Notes: a model not told the origin generated them from the letters alone. A DNA stretch of 64,000 nucleotides from an uncultured Bacteroides sp. (GCA_963931635.1 OZ007034.1:921285-985284); one strand, 5' to 3'. Positions 10,605 to 21,243 are shown, counted from the stretch's first letter. Numbers and translations: made by a program.

Positions 10605-11858
10605 ATGACCGCACAAGACTTTGAAATCATGGCCCCCGTGGGGTCGTACGAATCGCTCACCGCCGCCATTCAGGGCGGTGCCCACTCGATATACTTCGGC
10701 GTCGAAGGACTGAACATGCGGGCCCGTAGCTCCAACAACTTCACCCTCGACGACCTGCGCGAGATAGCCCGCATCTGCCGGGAACATGGCCTGAAAAGCT
10801 ACCTCACCGTCAACACGGTCATCTACGACAGCGACATCGACCTCATGCGGCGCATCATCGACGCCGTGCGCGAAGCCGGCATCTCGGCCATCATCGCCAG
10901 CGACATCGCCGCCATGACCTACGCCCGCAGCATCGGGGTAGAGGTGCACCTGTCGACACAGCTCAACATCACCAACGTCGAAGCGCTCGAATTTTACGCC
11001 CGGTATGCCGACGTCGTGGTGCTCGCCCGCGAGCTCAACCTCGACCAGGTGGCCCACATCTACGCCGAAATCGAACGCCGCCACATCACCGGCCCGAGCG
11101 GCAAGCCGGTGCGCATCGAGATGTTTGCCCACGGCGCCCTGTGCATGGCCGTCTCGGGCAAGTGCTACCTGAGCCTCCATGAGATGAACGCCTCGGCCAA
11201 CCGCGGCGCCTGCATGCAGGTGTGCCGCCGCGGCTACACCGTGCGCGACAAGGAGAGCGACATCGAACTCGATATCGACAACCAGTATATACTCTCACCC
11301 AAAGACCTGAAAACCATACACTTCATCAACCGCATGATGGAGGCCGGCGTGCGCGTGTTCAAAATCGAAGGCCGCGCCCGCAGCGCCGAGTATGTGCGCA
11401 CCGTCGTCGAGTGTTACCGCCAGGCCGTAGAGAGCGTCATCGACGGCAGCTACGGCGACGAGAAAATCGCCGCCTGGGACACCCGCCTGGCCCAAGTCTT
11501 CAACCGCGGATTCTGGAACGGCTACTACCTCGGCCAGCGGCTGGGCGAGTGGAGCCACACCTACGGCTCCGAAGCCACCCGCGTGAAGGTCTACATAGGC
11601 AAGGGGGTGAAATACTACTCCAACCTCGGGGTGGCCGAGTTTGTCGTCGAGACCCAGTCGCTGCACGTCGGCGACGAAATCGTCATCACCGGCCCCACGA
11701 CGGGCGCCATCATCACCACCGTCAAAGAGATGCGCGTTGACCTCAAACCGGTCGAAGAGGCCGTCAAGGGCGACCACTTCTCGATAAAGCTCGACCAGAA
11801 GATACGCCCCTCGGACAAACTCTACAAATGGGTGGCCCCCGAAACCCTCAAACGATGA
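10605..11858 (+). CDS. U32 family peptidase
   Basis: N-terminus EIMAPVGSYESLTAAIQGGAHSIYFG... with the internal block ...FKIEGRARSAEY... typical of the peptidase U32 (collagenase-like) family. 417 aa. Confidence 0.8.
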   Translation: MTAQDFEIMAPVGSYESLTAAIQGGAHSIYFGVEGLNMRARSSNNFTLDDLREIARICREHGLKSYLTVNTVIYDSDIDLMRRIIDAVREAGISAIIASDIAAMTYARSIGVEVHLSTQLNITNVEALEFYARYADVVVLARELNLDQVAHIYAEIERRHITGPSGKPVRIEMFAHGALCMAVSGKCYLSLHEMNASANRGACMQVCRRGYTVRDKESDIELDIDNQYILSPKDLKTIHFINRMMEAGVRVFKIEGRARSAEYVRTVVECYRQAVESVIDGSYGDEKIAAWDTRLAQVFNRGFWNGYYLGQRLGEWSHTYGSEATRVKVYIGKGVKYYSNLGVAEFVVETQSLHVGDEIVITGPTTGAIITTVKEMRVDLKPVEEAVKGDHFSIKLDQKIRPSDKLYKWVAPETLKR

Positions 11859-12541
11859 AGCGCGAAACGCCCGTAACCGTCATCACCGACGACGGCACAC
11901 CCACCCTCTACCTGCCCGGCCTCGACGAGCACTACCACTCGGTGCGGGGAGCCGTGGCCGAGTCGATGCACGTCTACATCAAGACCGGCCTCGAAGCCTG
12001 CCGGCGGGAAACGGTCGACCTCTTTGAGTGTGGCTTCGGCACCGGGCTCAACGCATTTCTCACCCTCCTTGCCGCCGGACAAAGCCGCCGGCACATACAC
12101 TACACCGTGGTCGAAGCCTTCCCACTTGATGCCACACAGGCCATCGGCCTTGCCTACCCCGAAACGATACAGCCTGGCAGCCGCCCCCTCTTCGAGCAGC
12201 TGCACCGCTGCGAGTGGGAGAGAGAGGTGGCCATCACCCCCTTTTTCACGCTGCACAAGGTCGGGGCCGACCTCACCGGCTACCCTCTGGGCGACGAAAG
12301 CTACGACGTGATTTACTACGACGCCTTCGCCCCCGAAAAACAGCCCGAGCTGTGGAGCGCCGAACTGCTGGGCCGTGTAGCCCGCTCCCTGCGCAGGGGA
12401 GGGGTACTCTCGACCTACTGCGCCAAAGGCGAGGTACGCCGCCGCCTGCAACAGGCAGGGCTCGTCGTGCAACGCACCCCCGGCCCGCCGGGCGGGAAAC
12501 GCGAAATACTGCAAGCCCGCCGCCCCGACGGTTCAAAATAA
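11855..12541 (+). CDS. mnmD: tRNA (mnm5s2U34) methyltransferase, MnmD-type SAM-dependent
   Basis: MKRETPVTVITDDGTPTLY...EHYHSVRGAV...FECGFGTGLN...YYDAFAP motifs. ATGA overlap with the U32 gene. Confidence 0.7.
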   Translation: MKRETPVTVITDDGTPTLYLPGLDEHYHSVRGAVAESMHVYIKTGLEACRRETVDLFECGFGTGLNAFLTLLAAGQSRRHIHYTVVEAFPLDATQAIGLAYPETIQPGSRPLFEQLHRCEWEREVAITPFFTLHKVGADLTGYPLGDESYDVIYYDAFAPEKQPELWSAELLGRVARSLRRGGVLSTYCAKGEVRRRLQQAGLVVQRTPGPPGGKREILQARRPDGSK

Positions 12542-12583
12542 GTTAATAAACCGGGAGGTCCCCCAGCGATACGAAGTTTTTTC

Positions 12584-12591
12584 TATTTTTG
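12584..12591 (+). promoter_or_regulatory. -7 box TATTTTTG upstream of the TPR gene
   Basis: TAnnTTTG match 19 nt before ATG 12610. Confidence 0.5.
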
Positions 12592-12609
12592 TTTCAAAGA
12601 TTTACCACA

Positions 12610-15600
12610 ATGAAAAAAAATGCCATTCGCCATATAGCCTGTGCCCTGCTGTGCAGCGCCATGCCGCTGGCAACACCGGCACAGAAGGCCGTCCGCATCG
12701 AACAGCCCGCCTACATCTTCGACCGTGCGCAACTCATGTACAATGAGGGAAACTACGCCGGCTGCATCGACCTCCTGACCGCATACCGCAAAGAGGCCAC
12801 CCGCACCATCGACAAGGCCAAGGCCGACTTCCTGATTGCCGCTTCGGCCTACGCTTCGCGCGAGCCAAACGCCCTCGACCTCATCGAAGGCTACCTCGCC
12901 GACCACCCCAAGACCCCGCACAGCACCGAGGCCCAACTCCTGCAAGGACACTGCTACTTCGACCGCGGCGACTACGACAAGGCGCTCGAAATATACCGTG
13001 CCATCGACATCGACAAACTCTCGCCCGAAAAACAGGGCGACCTGCTGCTGCACCTCGGCTGCACCTATATAGAGAAAGGCGATACCGAACAGGCCGCTCC
13101 CTGCTTCGCCGCCATTATCGAAGTGGGCGGTCCCTACGAGAAGGCCGCCCTTTACCACGACGCCCACCGCCGTTACCTCGAAGGCAAATACGAGAGCGCC
13201 GAGAGCGAGCTGCTGCCCATCGCCGACGACCCGACATTTGCCCGCCAGGCCACGGCCCTGCTCGCCCAGTGCCGCTTTGCCCGGGCCAACTATCCCGAGG
13301 CCATCGAAACGGCCGGCCGATACATGGAGCACTATCCTGCCGACTCGACCTACTACGAGATGGAACGTATTCTCGGCGAGAGCCACTTCCGCACGGGCGA
13401 CAACACCCAGGCCATCAAATACCTCTCGGGCTACACCACCTACTGTGCTGCACCGCAACGCAGCAGCCACTACGCCCTGGGTATGGCCTACTATCAAACG
13501 GGAAAATACCTCGAAGCCATCGAACAGCTGGGACGGGTTACCGACCGGAAAGATGCCCTGGCACAGAGCGCCTACCTCTTCATCGGGCAGAGCTACCTGC
13601 AGCTCAACGACCCCACCAATGCCCGTCTGGCCTTCGAAATGGCCTCACAATACGACTTCGACCCGCAGGTGCAGGAGGCCGCCCTGTACAACTACGCCCT
13701 CACGCTGCACGCCGCCACCTTCTCGCCCTTTGCCGAGTCGGTTACCGTGTTTGAGAAATTTCTCAACCTCTTCCCCCGGTCGCAACACGCCGACACCATC
13801 AACGACTACCTCGTCGACGTCTACATGACCACCCGCAACTACGAGAGCGCACTCAACTCCATCAACAAGATACAGCACCCCACGGCCAAAATCTATACCG
13901 CCAAGCAACGTATCCTCTACCGGCTCGGCACCGAATGTTTTGCCAACAACGACCTGAAACGGGCCGCCGACTACTTTACCCAGGCCATCGCCCTGGGTAA
14001 CTACGACCGCGAAGCCAAGGCCGATGCCTACCTGTGGCTCGCCGAGTGCCGCTACCGCGAAGGAGACTACACCGGGGCCGCCCAGAACGACCGCCTCTAC
14101 CTGCAAACCGCCTCTGCGGTCGACCCGCTGGTCTATTACAACCTCGGATACGCCAGCTTCAAACAGCATGACTTTGCCGGGGCACAATCGCAATTCACCC
14201 AATACATCAAGAGCGAAACGCCCGACGAAAACCGACTGCCCCGCATCGCCGACGCCTGCACCCGCCTGGCCGACTGTCTCTACGGACAGCGCCGCTTTGC
14301 CGAGGCCGAAGCCACCTACAACAAGGCCGTAGCCCTCTATCCCGCCATGGGCGACTACGCCCTCTACCAGCAGGGTTTCATGGCCGGACTGCAAAAGAAA
14401 CAGGCCGAAAAGATTGCCGCCATGCAACAGCTGCGGCAACGCTACCCGCAGTCGGACTACATCGACGAAGCCTGGCTCGAAGAGGGCCTCGCCCACGTCA
14501 CACTCCACGACGGAAAGGCGGCCACCTGCTTCACCGCCCTGCTCGAAAAATATCCCGACCAGGCAACTGCCCGCAAAGCCGGCGTGCAACTGGGCATGCT
14601 CTACTACAACGACAAACAGCCCCAGAAAGCCATTGCCACCTACAAGAGCGTCATAGCCGACTACCCCGGCACCGAAGAGGCCCATATCGCCCTGCAAGAC
14701 CTCAAAGCCGTGTACGTGGCCCAGAACGATGTCGACGCCTATGCCGCCTACCTGAAAACCCTCGGCGGAAACGTATCGACCGAAATCTCGGAACTCGACT
14801 CCCTCTCGTTCCTCACCGCCGAACGCGCCTTCCTCAAAACCCCCAATGCCGCCTCGGCCAACCAGCTCCAACAATACCTCAAAAAATACCCCCGCGGAGC
14901 CTACACCCTGCCGGCACACCACTACCTGAGCCTCTACTACTACGACCGCAAGGAGTATGGCAAAGCCCGCAAGGAACTCTCCACCGTGCTGCAAACGCCC
15001 AATAATCCCTATACCGAAGAGGCCCTCACCCGCCTGGCCGACATACAGGAGAAGAGCAAAGAGTATCCCGAAGCCTTTGTCAGCTACCAGAAACTCGAAC
15101 GTCTCGCCTCCCGCAAGGAGTCGCGGCAACTGGCCCGCCTGGGCATGCTGCGCACCGCCGTGCAGCTGGGCGACAACCGGACCGTGATAGAGGTATCGGC
15201 ACGCCTGCTGGCCGACCCCACCCTCTCGCCCGAACACATACGCGACGCACGGGCCGCACGGGCCGGCAGCTTCATCGCCCTGGGCGATTCGGCACAGGCC
15301 GCCGGCGAATGGGAGAAACTCGCCGAAGACCCCCGCACCGAGACCGGCGCCAAAGCCGCTTACCAGCTGGCCCAGTACCACTTCGACAAGGGCGACGACA
15401 CCCAGGCCGAAGCCGTCGTCAACCGCCTGCTCGAAGACGGCACCTCGCACCAGTACTGGCTGGCCCGCGGATTCATCGTGCTGGCCGACGTCTATACCCG
15501 ACGGGGCGACACCTTCAAAGCCCGGCAATACCTGCTGAGCCTCCAAAACAACTACACCGCCGACGACGACATCAAGGAGCGTGTCGCCGTGCGCCTCGAA

Positions 15601-15633
15601 AAACTTGAACCTGCAAATACCGACGTACAATGA
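12610..15633 (+). CDS. large secreted tetratricopeptide-repeat (TPR) protein
   Basis: Signal peptide MKKNAIRHIACALLCSAMPLATPAQ. About 1000 aa of reiterated A/Y/L-rich 34-aa TPR-like units (e.g. ...YYQTGKYLEAIEQL..., ...YNLGYASFKQHDFAGAQ...). Confidence 0.8.
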   Translation: MKKNAIRHIACALLCSAMPLATPAQKAVRIEQPAYIFDRAQLMYNEGNYAGCIDLLTAYRKEATRTIDKAKADFLIAASAYASREPNALDLIEGYLADHPKTPHSTEAQLLQGHCYFDRGDYDKALEIYRAIDIDKLSPEKQGDLLLHLGCTYIEKGDTEQAAPCFAAIIEVGGPYEKAALYHDAHRRYLEGKYESAESELLPIADDPTFARQATALLAQCRFARANYPEAIETAGRYMEHYPADSTYYEMERILGESHFRTGDNTQAIKYLSGYTTYCAAPQRSSHYALGMAYYQTGKYLEAIEQLGRVTDRKDALAQSAYLFIGQSYLQLNDPTNARLAFEMASQYDFDPQVQEAALYNYALTLHAATFSPFAESVTVFEKFLNLFPRSQHADTINDYLVDVYMTTRNYESALNSINKIQHPTAKIYTAKQRILYRLGTECFANNDLKRAADYFTQAIALGNYDREAKADAYLWLAECRYREGDYTGAAQNDRLYLQTASAVDPLVYYNLGYASFKQHDFAGAQSQFTQYIKSETPDENRLPRIADACTRLADCLYGQRRFAEAEATYNKAVALYPAMGDYALYQQGFMAGLQKKQAEKIAAMQQLRQRYPQSDYIDEAWLEEGLAHVTLHDGKAATCFTALLEKYPDQATARKAGVQLGMLYYNDKQPQKAIATYKSVIADYPGTEEAHIALQDLKAVYVAQNDVDAYAAYLKTLGGNVSTEISELDSLSFLTAERAFLKTPNAASANQLQQYLKKYPRGAYTLPAHHYLSLYYYDRKEYGKARKELSTVLQTPNNPYTEEALTRLADIQEKSKEYPEAFVSYQKLERLASRKESRQLARLGMLRTAVQLGDNRTVIEVSARLLADPTLSPEHIRDARAARAGSFIALGDSAQAAGEWEKLAEDPRTETGAKAAYQLAQYHFDKGDDTQAEAVVNRLLEDGTSHQYWLARGFIVLADVYTRRGDTFKARQYLLSLQNNYTADDDIKERVAVRLEKLEPANTDVQ

Positions 15634-17360
15634 ATACCCGCCATATCACCCTGCTGCTCTTTGCCGTGCCGGCCCTCTTCGGCGCCAACGCCCAAACCGA
15701 CAACAAAAACACCCTGCAACGTGCCGTAACCATCGAAAAGGAGTTTACCCCCATCGTGCAGGACGCCTCGAAAATCAACGTCATACCCGAGATGGAGGTA
15801 TCGGCCTCGGCACGCCCCGACATACGATACACCGAGTGGAAAAACGCCCGCAACGAGACACCCACCCTCGACCTGCTTCCGGCCGGCGACGGCGGTGTCG
15901 AAGCCCCCGACCACCAGCGGGGATATGCCCAGATAGAGATGGGCAACTATCTCAACATCAACGCCAATGCCGGTATTCGCATCGTCGACAGGCAGCGCGA
16001 CCAGTTGCTGTTCTGGTACAGCCACAACTCGACCAACGGCACCCTCGCTTACCTCACCGACAACAACAAGACCCACCAGCGCCGCAACGACAACAAGCTG
16101 AATCTTGCCTATACCCACACCTTCGACCGCGCCAGCTGGAACACCACGGCCTACTACCGCTACAACGGCTTCAACTACTACGGCATGCCCCTCTACAACA
16201 TCGACAAGAACCGTCTTGCCGGGCTCAGCACCACCACCGACCAGCAGACCGTGCAACACTACGGCTTCGACACCCGCATCGCCTCCAAGCCCAATAAGGA
16301 GTTCAACTACACCGCCGAGATAAGCTACCGGGGCTACAACAGCGACCTCGGCCTCTTCTACGGCCAGCGCGGCGTACTCGAAAACCACCTCAGCACCCGA
16401 CTCGACGGCAGTGCCCCCCTGGGCGACAACTACCTCATAGGTGTGGCCGTGGGCATGGACAATCTCATCTACAACCGCTGCGACCGTGAAAACTATACGG
16501 TGCTGCGGGCCAATCCCTACTTCGGCATCGAAAAGGAAGCCCTGAAATTCAGAGCCGGTGCCATTGTCGACCTCTCGATTCACGACAACACCATCTTCCG
16601 CATCGCCCCCGACGTGCGGTTGGAATGGGAATTTGAAAAACTCTGGTTTCTCTACACCAGCCTCACCGGAGGCAAGAGCCTCAACACCTGGGAGAAGATG
16701 AGTGCCATCACCGCCTATGTCGATCCCAGCCGCAAGATGAGCAACACCTACACGCCGGCCGACTTCACCGTGGGATTGCGCACCGCCACCTTCAAGCAGC
16801 TGCACTTCACCCTCTACGGCGGTATCAAATACAGCATCGACGCCCTCTTCGACTACCGCTGGCAATACATCGAGGCCACCGGCACCGGCGGCCGCCTCAC
16901 CCGCCCCGTGGTCAGCTTCTACGCCACCGACGCCTATGCCTGGAAAGCCGGTTTTGAGATACAGTACAACCCGCGCGACTTCTTCAAGGCCCACCTCGCT
17001 TGGGAACACAACGAGTGGCACCAGCAGGGCAGCAAGGCACGCATACGCTCGTCGCAACCCCGCAACGAGTGGAAAGCCGGCGTAACGGTGGTGCCCATTC
17101 GTCCGCTCGACATCTCGGCCGACCTCTACTTTGCCGACGGTCTCGGATACCGTAACCTCACAGAGGGCATGGTCGACTACCCCTCGTCGGGAAATCTCCC
17201 CAACATCGTTACCCTCAACCTCGGCGCCATATACCGACTCAACAAGCACATACACTTCTCGGCCCAGCTCAACAACCTGCTCTCCAAACGCACCGACCTC
17301 TTCTACGGAATGCCGGCACAACGCTTCCATTTTCTCATAGGAGCGGGGGTTGTTTTCTGA
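15630..17360 (+). CDS. outer-membrane beta-barrel protein (porin-like, unknown substrate)
   Basis: Signal peptide MNTRHITLLLFAVPALFGANAQ. Alternating beta-strand pattern throughout. The terminal ...FHFLIGAGVVF has an aromatic last residue. ATGA overlap with the TPR gene. Confidence 0.7.
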   Translation: MNTRHITLLLFAVPALFGANAQTDNKNTLQRAVTIEKEFTPIVQDASKINVIPEMEVSASARPDIRYTEWKNARNETPTLDLLPAGDGGVEAPDHQRGYAQIEMGNYLNINANAGIRIVDRQRDQLLFWYSHNSTNGTLAYLTDNNKTHQRRNDNKLNLAYTHTFDRASWNTTAYYRYNGFNYYGMPLYNIDKNRLAGLSTTTDQQTVQHYGFDTRIASKPNKEFNYTAEISYRGYNSDLGLFYGQRGVLENHLSTRLDGSAPLGDNYLIGVAVGMDNLIYNRCDRENYTVLRANPYFGIEKEALKFRAGAIVDLSIHDNTIFRIAPDVRLEWEFEKLWFLYTSLTGGKSLNTWEKMSAITAYVDPSRKMSNTYTPADFTVGLRTATFKQLHFTLYGGIKYSIDALFDYRWQYIEATGTGGRLTRPVVSFYATDAYAWKAGFEIQYNPRDFFKAHLAWEHNEWHQQGSKARIRSSQPRNEWKAGVTVVPIRPLDISADLYFADGLGYRNLTEGMVDYPSSGNLPNIVTLNLGAIYRLNKHIHFSAQLNNLLSKRTDLFYGMPAQRFHFLIGAGVVF

Positions 17361-17422
17361 GAATTTAGAGAGGAAAAGAAAATTTTAACGACAAAATAAC
17401 TGACTGTCAATCGCTTTTTTTC

Positions 17423-17430
17423 TACTTTTG
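17423..17430 (+). promoter_or_regulatory. -7 box TACTTTTG upstream of topA
   Basis: TAnnTTTG match 29 nt before ATG 17459. Confidence 0.55.
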
Positions 17431-17458
17431 CAGGCGAAAATAAAAGAAGCGACAGAAA

Positions 17459-19798
17459 ATGCCGAAAAATTTAGTCATTGTAGAGTCGCCTGCCAAGGCA
17501 AAAACGATCGAAAAATTTTTAGGAAAAGATTATAAAGTCTTATCGAGTTACGGCCACATCCGAGACCTGAAAAAGAAAGATTTCAGTGTCGACGTAGACC
17601 ATAACTTCAACCCCATATACGAAATTCCCTCCGACAAGAAACAGCTCGTCGAGACCCTGAAAAAAGAGGCCGACAAAGCCGACATGGTGTGGCTCGCTTC
17701 CGATGAAGACCGCGAAGGAGAAGCCATCGCCTGGCACCTCTACGAGGTACTCGGGCTCAAACCCGAAAAGACCCGCCGCATCGTCTTCCACGAAATCACC
17801 AAAAGCGCCATACTCAACGCCATCGAGCACCCGCGCAACATCGACATCGACCGCGTCAACGCCCAGCAGGCACGCCGCGTACTCGACCGCATCGTGGGCT
17901 TCGAGCTGTCGCCCGTGCTGTGGAAAAAGGTAAAACCCGCCCTCTCGGCCGGCCGCGTGCAGTCGGTCGCCGTGCGACTCATCGTCGAGCGGGAGAGAGA
18001 AATAGAGCAGTTTGTGAGCGAAGCCTCCTACCGCATCGTCGCCACCTTTGCCGTAGCCACGCCGGCCGGTGAGACCGTCGAGATGAAAGCCGAGCTCAAC
18101 ACCCGCCCCAAAACCAAAGAAGAGGCCATCGCCCTGCTCAACGCCTGCCGCGACGCCCGCTTCACCATCGAAGAGGTGCAGGTAAAGCCCGCCCGCAAAT
18201 CGCCGGCCGCCCCCTTCACCACCTCGACCCTCCAACAGGAGGCCGCACGCAAGCTGGGTCTGTCGGTGGCACAGACCATGATTATTGCCCAGCGCCTCTA
18301 CGAGTCGGGATTCATCACCTACATGCGTACCGACTCGGTCAATCTCTCCTCACTCGCCCTGAACACCTCCAAGGCCGAAATCCTCAAAACCTGGGGAGAG
18401 AGATACCAGCACACCCGCAACTACCACACCAAGACCAAAGGCGCCCAGGAGGCCCACGAAGCCATACGCCCCACCTACATCGACCATCACGACATCGAAG
18501 GGTCGGCCCAGGAAAAACGCCTCTACGAACTCATCTGGAAACGCACCATCGCCTCACAGATGAGCGATGCCGAGATAGAAAAGACCACAGCCGTCATCGA
18601 CATCTCGGGCCGCAAGGAGAAATTCATCGCCACGGGCGAAGTGCTGAAATTCGACGGTTTCCTGCGTGTCTACAACGAGTCGACCGACGACGAAGGCGAG
18701 AACGGCGAAGGCAACAGCAAGATGCTACCCCCCCTCGCTACGGGCGAAGAGCTGCCGGCCCTCGAAATCGAAGCCACCGAGCGTTTCACCCAACGGCCGC
18801 CCCGCTACACCGAGGCCTCGCTCGTGCGCAAGCTCGAAGAGCTTGGCATAGGCCGCCCCTCGACCTACGCCCCCACCATATCGACCATACAGCAACGCGA
18901 GTATGTAGAGCGTGGCGACCGTCCCGGCACCGAACGCTCCTACAATGTACTCACCCTCAAAAACGGGAAAATCTCCGATAAGGAGAAGACCGAAATCGTC
19001 GGAGCCGAAAAGGGTAAACTGCTGCCCACAGACATCGGCATCGTGGTCAACGACTTCCTTGCCGAACACTTTCCCGAAATACTCAACTACAACTTCACGG
19101 CCCAGGTCGAGAGCAAGTTCGACGAAGTGGCCGAGGGTAAAATCGAGTGGAACAAGTCGATTGAAGACTTTTACAAACTCTTCCACCCCGTAGTCGAAGA
19201 GGCCCTCTCACTGCGCCTCGAACACCGCGTAGGCGAACGCCAGCTCGGCATCGATCCCAAGAGCGGTCGCCCCGTATCGGTGAAGATAGGCCGCTTCGGC
19301 CCCCTGGTACAGATAGGCCTCCCCGAAGACAAGGAAAAGCCCCTCTTCGCCTCGTTGCAGAAGGGGCAGTCTATCAACACCATCACCCTCGACGAAGCCC
19401 TGAAACTCTTTGAACTGCCCCGCACACTGGGCGAGTACGAAGGCGAGACCATCACCGTATCGACCGGCCGCTTCGGCCCCTACATACGCCACAACGGCAA
19501 GTATGTGTCGCTGCCCAAAGAGTATGCCCCGCAGACCGTCTCCTACGACGAAGCCGTGGCCCTCATCGAGAAAAAGCGCGAAGAAGAAAAAAACCGCATT
19601 ATCAAGACTTTCCCCGAAAACAGCGACCTCGAAATCCTCAACGGCCGCTTCGGCCCCTACATCGCCTACAAGGGCAAGAACTACAAAATACCCAAAGGCA
19701 CCAAACCCGAAGAGCTGTCGAGCGACGACTGCCTGAAAATCATCGAGAGCGACAGCCAGCCCAAAGCCAAAGCCCGCCGGGTATCGCGCAAGAAATAG
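17459..19798 (+). CDS. topA: DNA topoisomerase I
   Basis: Toprim N-terminus LVIVESPAKAKTIEKFLG...ASDEDREGEAIAWH. Catalytic region ITYMRTDS. C-terminal repeats of the GRFGPY type. Confidence 0.95.
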   Translation: MPKNLVIVESPAKAKTIEKFLGKDYKVLSSYGHIRDLKKKDFSVDVDHNFNPIYEIPSDKKQLVETLKKEADKADMVWLASDEDREGEAIAWHLYEVLGLKPEKTRRIVFHEITKSAILNAIEHPRNIDIDRVNAQQARRVLDRIVGFELSPVLWKKVKPALSAGRVQSVAVRLIVEREREIEQFVSEASYRIVATFAVATPAGETVEMKAELNTRPKTKEEAIALLNACRDARFTIEEVQVKPARKSPAAPFTTSTLQQEAARKLGLSVAQTMIIAQRLYESGFITYMRTDSVNLSSLALNTSKAEILKTWGERYQHTRNYHTKTKGAQEAHEAIRPTYIDHHDIEGSAQEKRLYELIWKRTIASQMSDAEIEKTTAVIDISGRKEKFIATGEVLKFDGFLRVYNESTDDEGENGEGNSKMLPPLATGEELPALEIEATERFTQRPPRYTEASLVRKLEELGIGRPSTYAPTISTIQQREYVERGDRPGTERSYNVLTLKNGKISDKEKTEIVGAEKGKLLPTDIGIVVNDFLAEHFPEILNYNFTAQVESKFDEVAEGKIEWNKSIEDFYKLFHPVVEEALSLRLEHRVGERQLGIDPKSGRPVSVKIGRFGPLVQIGLPEDKEKPLFASLQKGQSINTITLDEALKLFELPRTLGEYEGETITVSTGRFGPYIRHNGKYVSLPKEYAPQTVSYDEAVALIEKKREEEKNRIIKTFPENSDLEILNGRFGPYIAYKGKNYKIPKGTKPEELSSDDCLKIIESDSQPKAKARRVSRKK

Positions 19799-19847
19799 AA
19801 ACAAGGGTGGGAGCTACCCCTCACAAAAAAACATCATACCACAAAAG

Positions 19848-19877
19848 CACCGGATTTTTTCCGGTGTTTTTGTTTTT
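19848..19877 (+). terminator. rho-independent terminator after topA
   Basis: caccgga (19848-54) pairs with tccggtg (19860-66), followed by tttttgttttt. Confidence 0.75.
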
Positions 19878-20027
19878 ATCACCTCACCCTGACGCGACAC
19901 AATCGCTCAGGGAGAGAAGTATAATCGTAAAACGGAAAAAGGAAGTTGCCGGCGGGAAAGAAAATCACAAACAGGAGAAACAGGGCACCCGGTCAACCCC
20001 GGCAAGAGAAGAGCAGGAGAGGGGTTG

Positions 20028-21017
20028 CTACTCGGCCTGCGAGAGCAACAGTTCCTCAACGCGGTCGAGAATAGGGTAGAGGTCGGCCAGCGTCTCAGCC
20101 CGCAACATGGCGATGCGTGTCTCGCGGAAGTGGGGGATACCCTTGAAAAGCGGAGTAGCCGCCAGGTGTCGCCGTATGTGCAGAATACCGCGACGCTCAT
20201 CGAGCCGCGCTACACTCTCGCGCAACTGGCGCCGCAAGACCTCCATCTTGGCACTCACCGTTAGGGGCGTTACGGCACCCTCGCGCAGATACTGCTTCAT
20301 CTCGCCGAAAATCCACGGCGCCCCTATCGAGGCCCGGCCCACCATCACGCCATCGACCCCGTAGCGGTCGAACGCCTCGCGGGCCTTTTCGGGCGTCGTG
20401 ATGTCGCCGTTGCCGATAATGGGAATCGTCATGCGGGGATTCTCCTTCACCCGCCCGATGAGCGACCAGTCGGCCTCGCCCGTGTACATCTGGCTGCGGG
20501 TGCGGCCGTGAATGGCCAGGGCGGCAATGCCGCAATCCTGCAACTGCTCGGCCAGCTCCACAATGATGCGCGAGTCCTGGTCCCAGCCCAGGCGGGTCTT
20601 TACCGTCACGGGCAACTTCACCGCCTGCACCACTGCCCGGGTGATGGCCAACAGCAGCGGCACGTTGCGCAGCATGCCCGACCCGGCCCCCTTGCCGGCC
20701 ACCTTCTTCACCGGGCAGCCGAAGTTGAGATCGATAACATCGGGACGCGCCGCCTCGCAGATGCGGGCCGCCTCGACCATCGAGTCGACATCGCGGCCGT
20801 AAATCTGTATTGCCACCGGCCGCTCGGCCTCGGCAATGGAGAGTTTGGCCTGTGTCTTGCCCACAAAGCGGATGAGCGCGTCGCTCGACACAAACTCGGT
20901 CGTTACCATGTCGGCACCGAACTCCTTGCACAGGAGGCGGAAAGGAGCGTTGGTAACATCTTCCATCGGAGCCAGGAAGAGCGGGCGTTCGCCCAAATCG
21001 ATTGTCCCGATTTTCAT
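20028..21017 (-). CDS. dusB: tRNA-dihydrouridine synthase
   Basis: PLFLAPMEDVTNAPFRLLCKEFGADMVTTEFV...IDLNFGCPVKKV...VTVKTRLGW...AIHGRTR motifs of the Dus family. Confidence 0.88.
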   Translation of the reverse strand: MKIGTIDLGERPLFLAPMEDVTNAPFRLLCKEFGADMVTTEFVSSDALIRFVGKTQAKLSIAEAERPVAIQIYGRDVDSMVEAARICEAARPDVIDLNFGCPVKKVAGKGAGSGMLRNVPLLLAITRAVVQAVKLPVTVKTRLGWDQDSRIIVELAEQLQDCGIAALAIHGRTRSQMYTGEADWSLIGRVKENPRMTIPIIGNGDITTPEKAREAFDRYGVDGVMVGRASIGAPWIFGEMKQYLREGAVTPLTVSAKMEVLRRQLRESVARLDERRGILHIRRHLAATPLFKGIPHFRETRIAMLRAETLADLYPILDRVEELLLSQAE

Positions 21018-21043
21018 GCTGTAACAAATTAAGTATTGCGTGG

Positions 21044-21051
21044 CAAAAATA
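21044..21051 (-). promoter_or_regulatory. -7 box TATTTTTG (minus strand) upstream of dusB
   Basis: Plus-strand caaaaata is TATTTTTG on the minus strand, 27 nt before the start at 21017. Confidence 0.5.
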
Positions 21052-21190
21052 GTACATTTTCACCAGCCGGCCACCGCACCCGGCCCCAAAATCGGAAAAG
21101 CACGTCCGGGCAATGCTTCCGCGGCAACAACAAAAACAACATAAATCGTCGTAATAAAACGGTTTTTTGGCGCCATCTCCTTTTTTTTAT

Positions 21191-21198
21191 TACTTTTG
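21191..21198 (+). promoter_or_regulatory. -7 box TACTTTTG upstream of leuS
   Basis: TAnnTTTG match preceded by a T-run, 46 nt before ATG 21244. Confidence 0.55.
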
Positions 21199-21243
21199 CA
21201 ATATTAAATAGGGTAAATATCCACCTCCAAATCGAAAAAAACG

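Noticed and set aside
8733-11180. Very long antisense ORFs opposite real genes. Examples: 815 aa opposite mutS/U32, 880 aa at 21415-24057 opposite leuS, 690 aa at 24124-26196, 735 aa at 51904-54111, 661 aa at 13645-15630 and 592 aa at 15552-17330.
   Set aside because: Their translations are low-complexity and G/A/V/D/E/H-rich with no motifs. They always lie in the frame complementary to a well-supported gene with strong third-position GC bias. This is the classic stop-codon-poor shadow frame of high-GC coding DNA.
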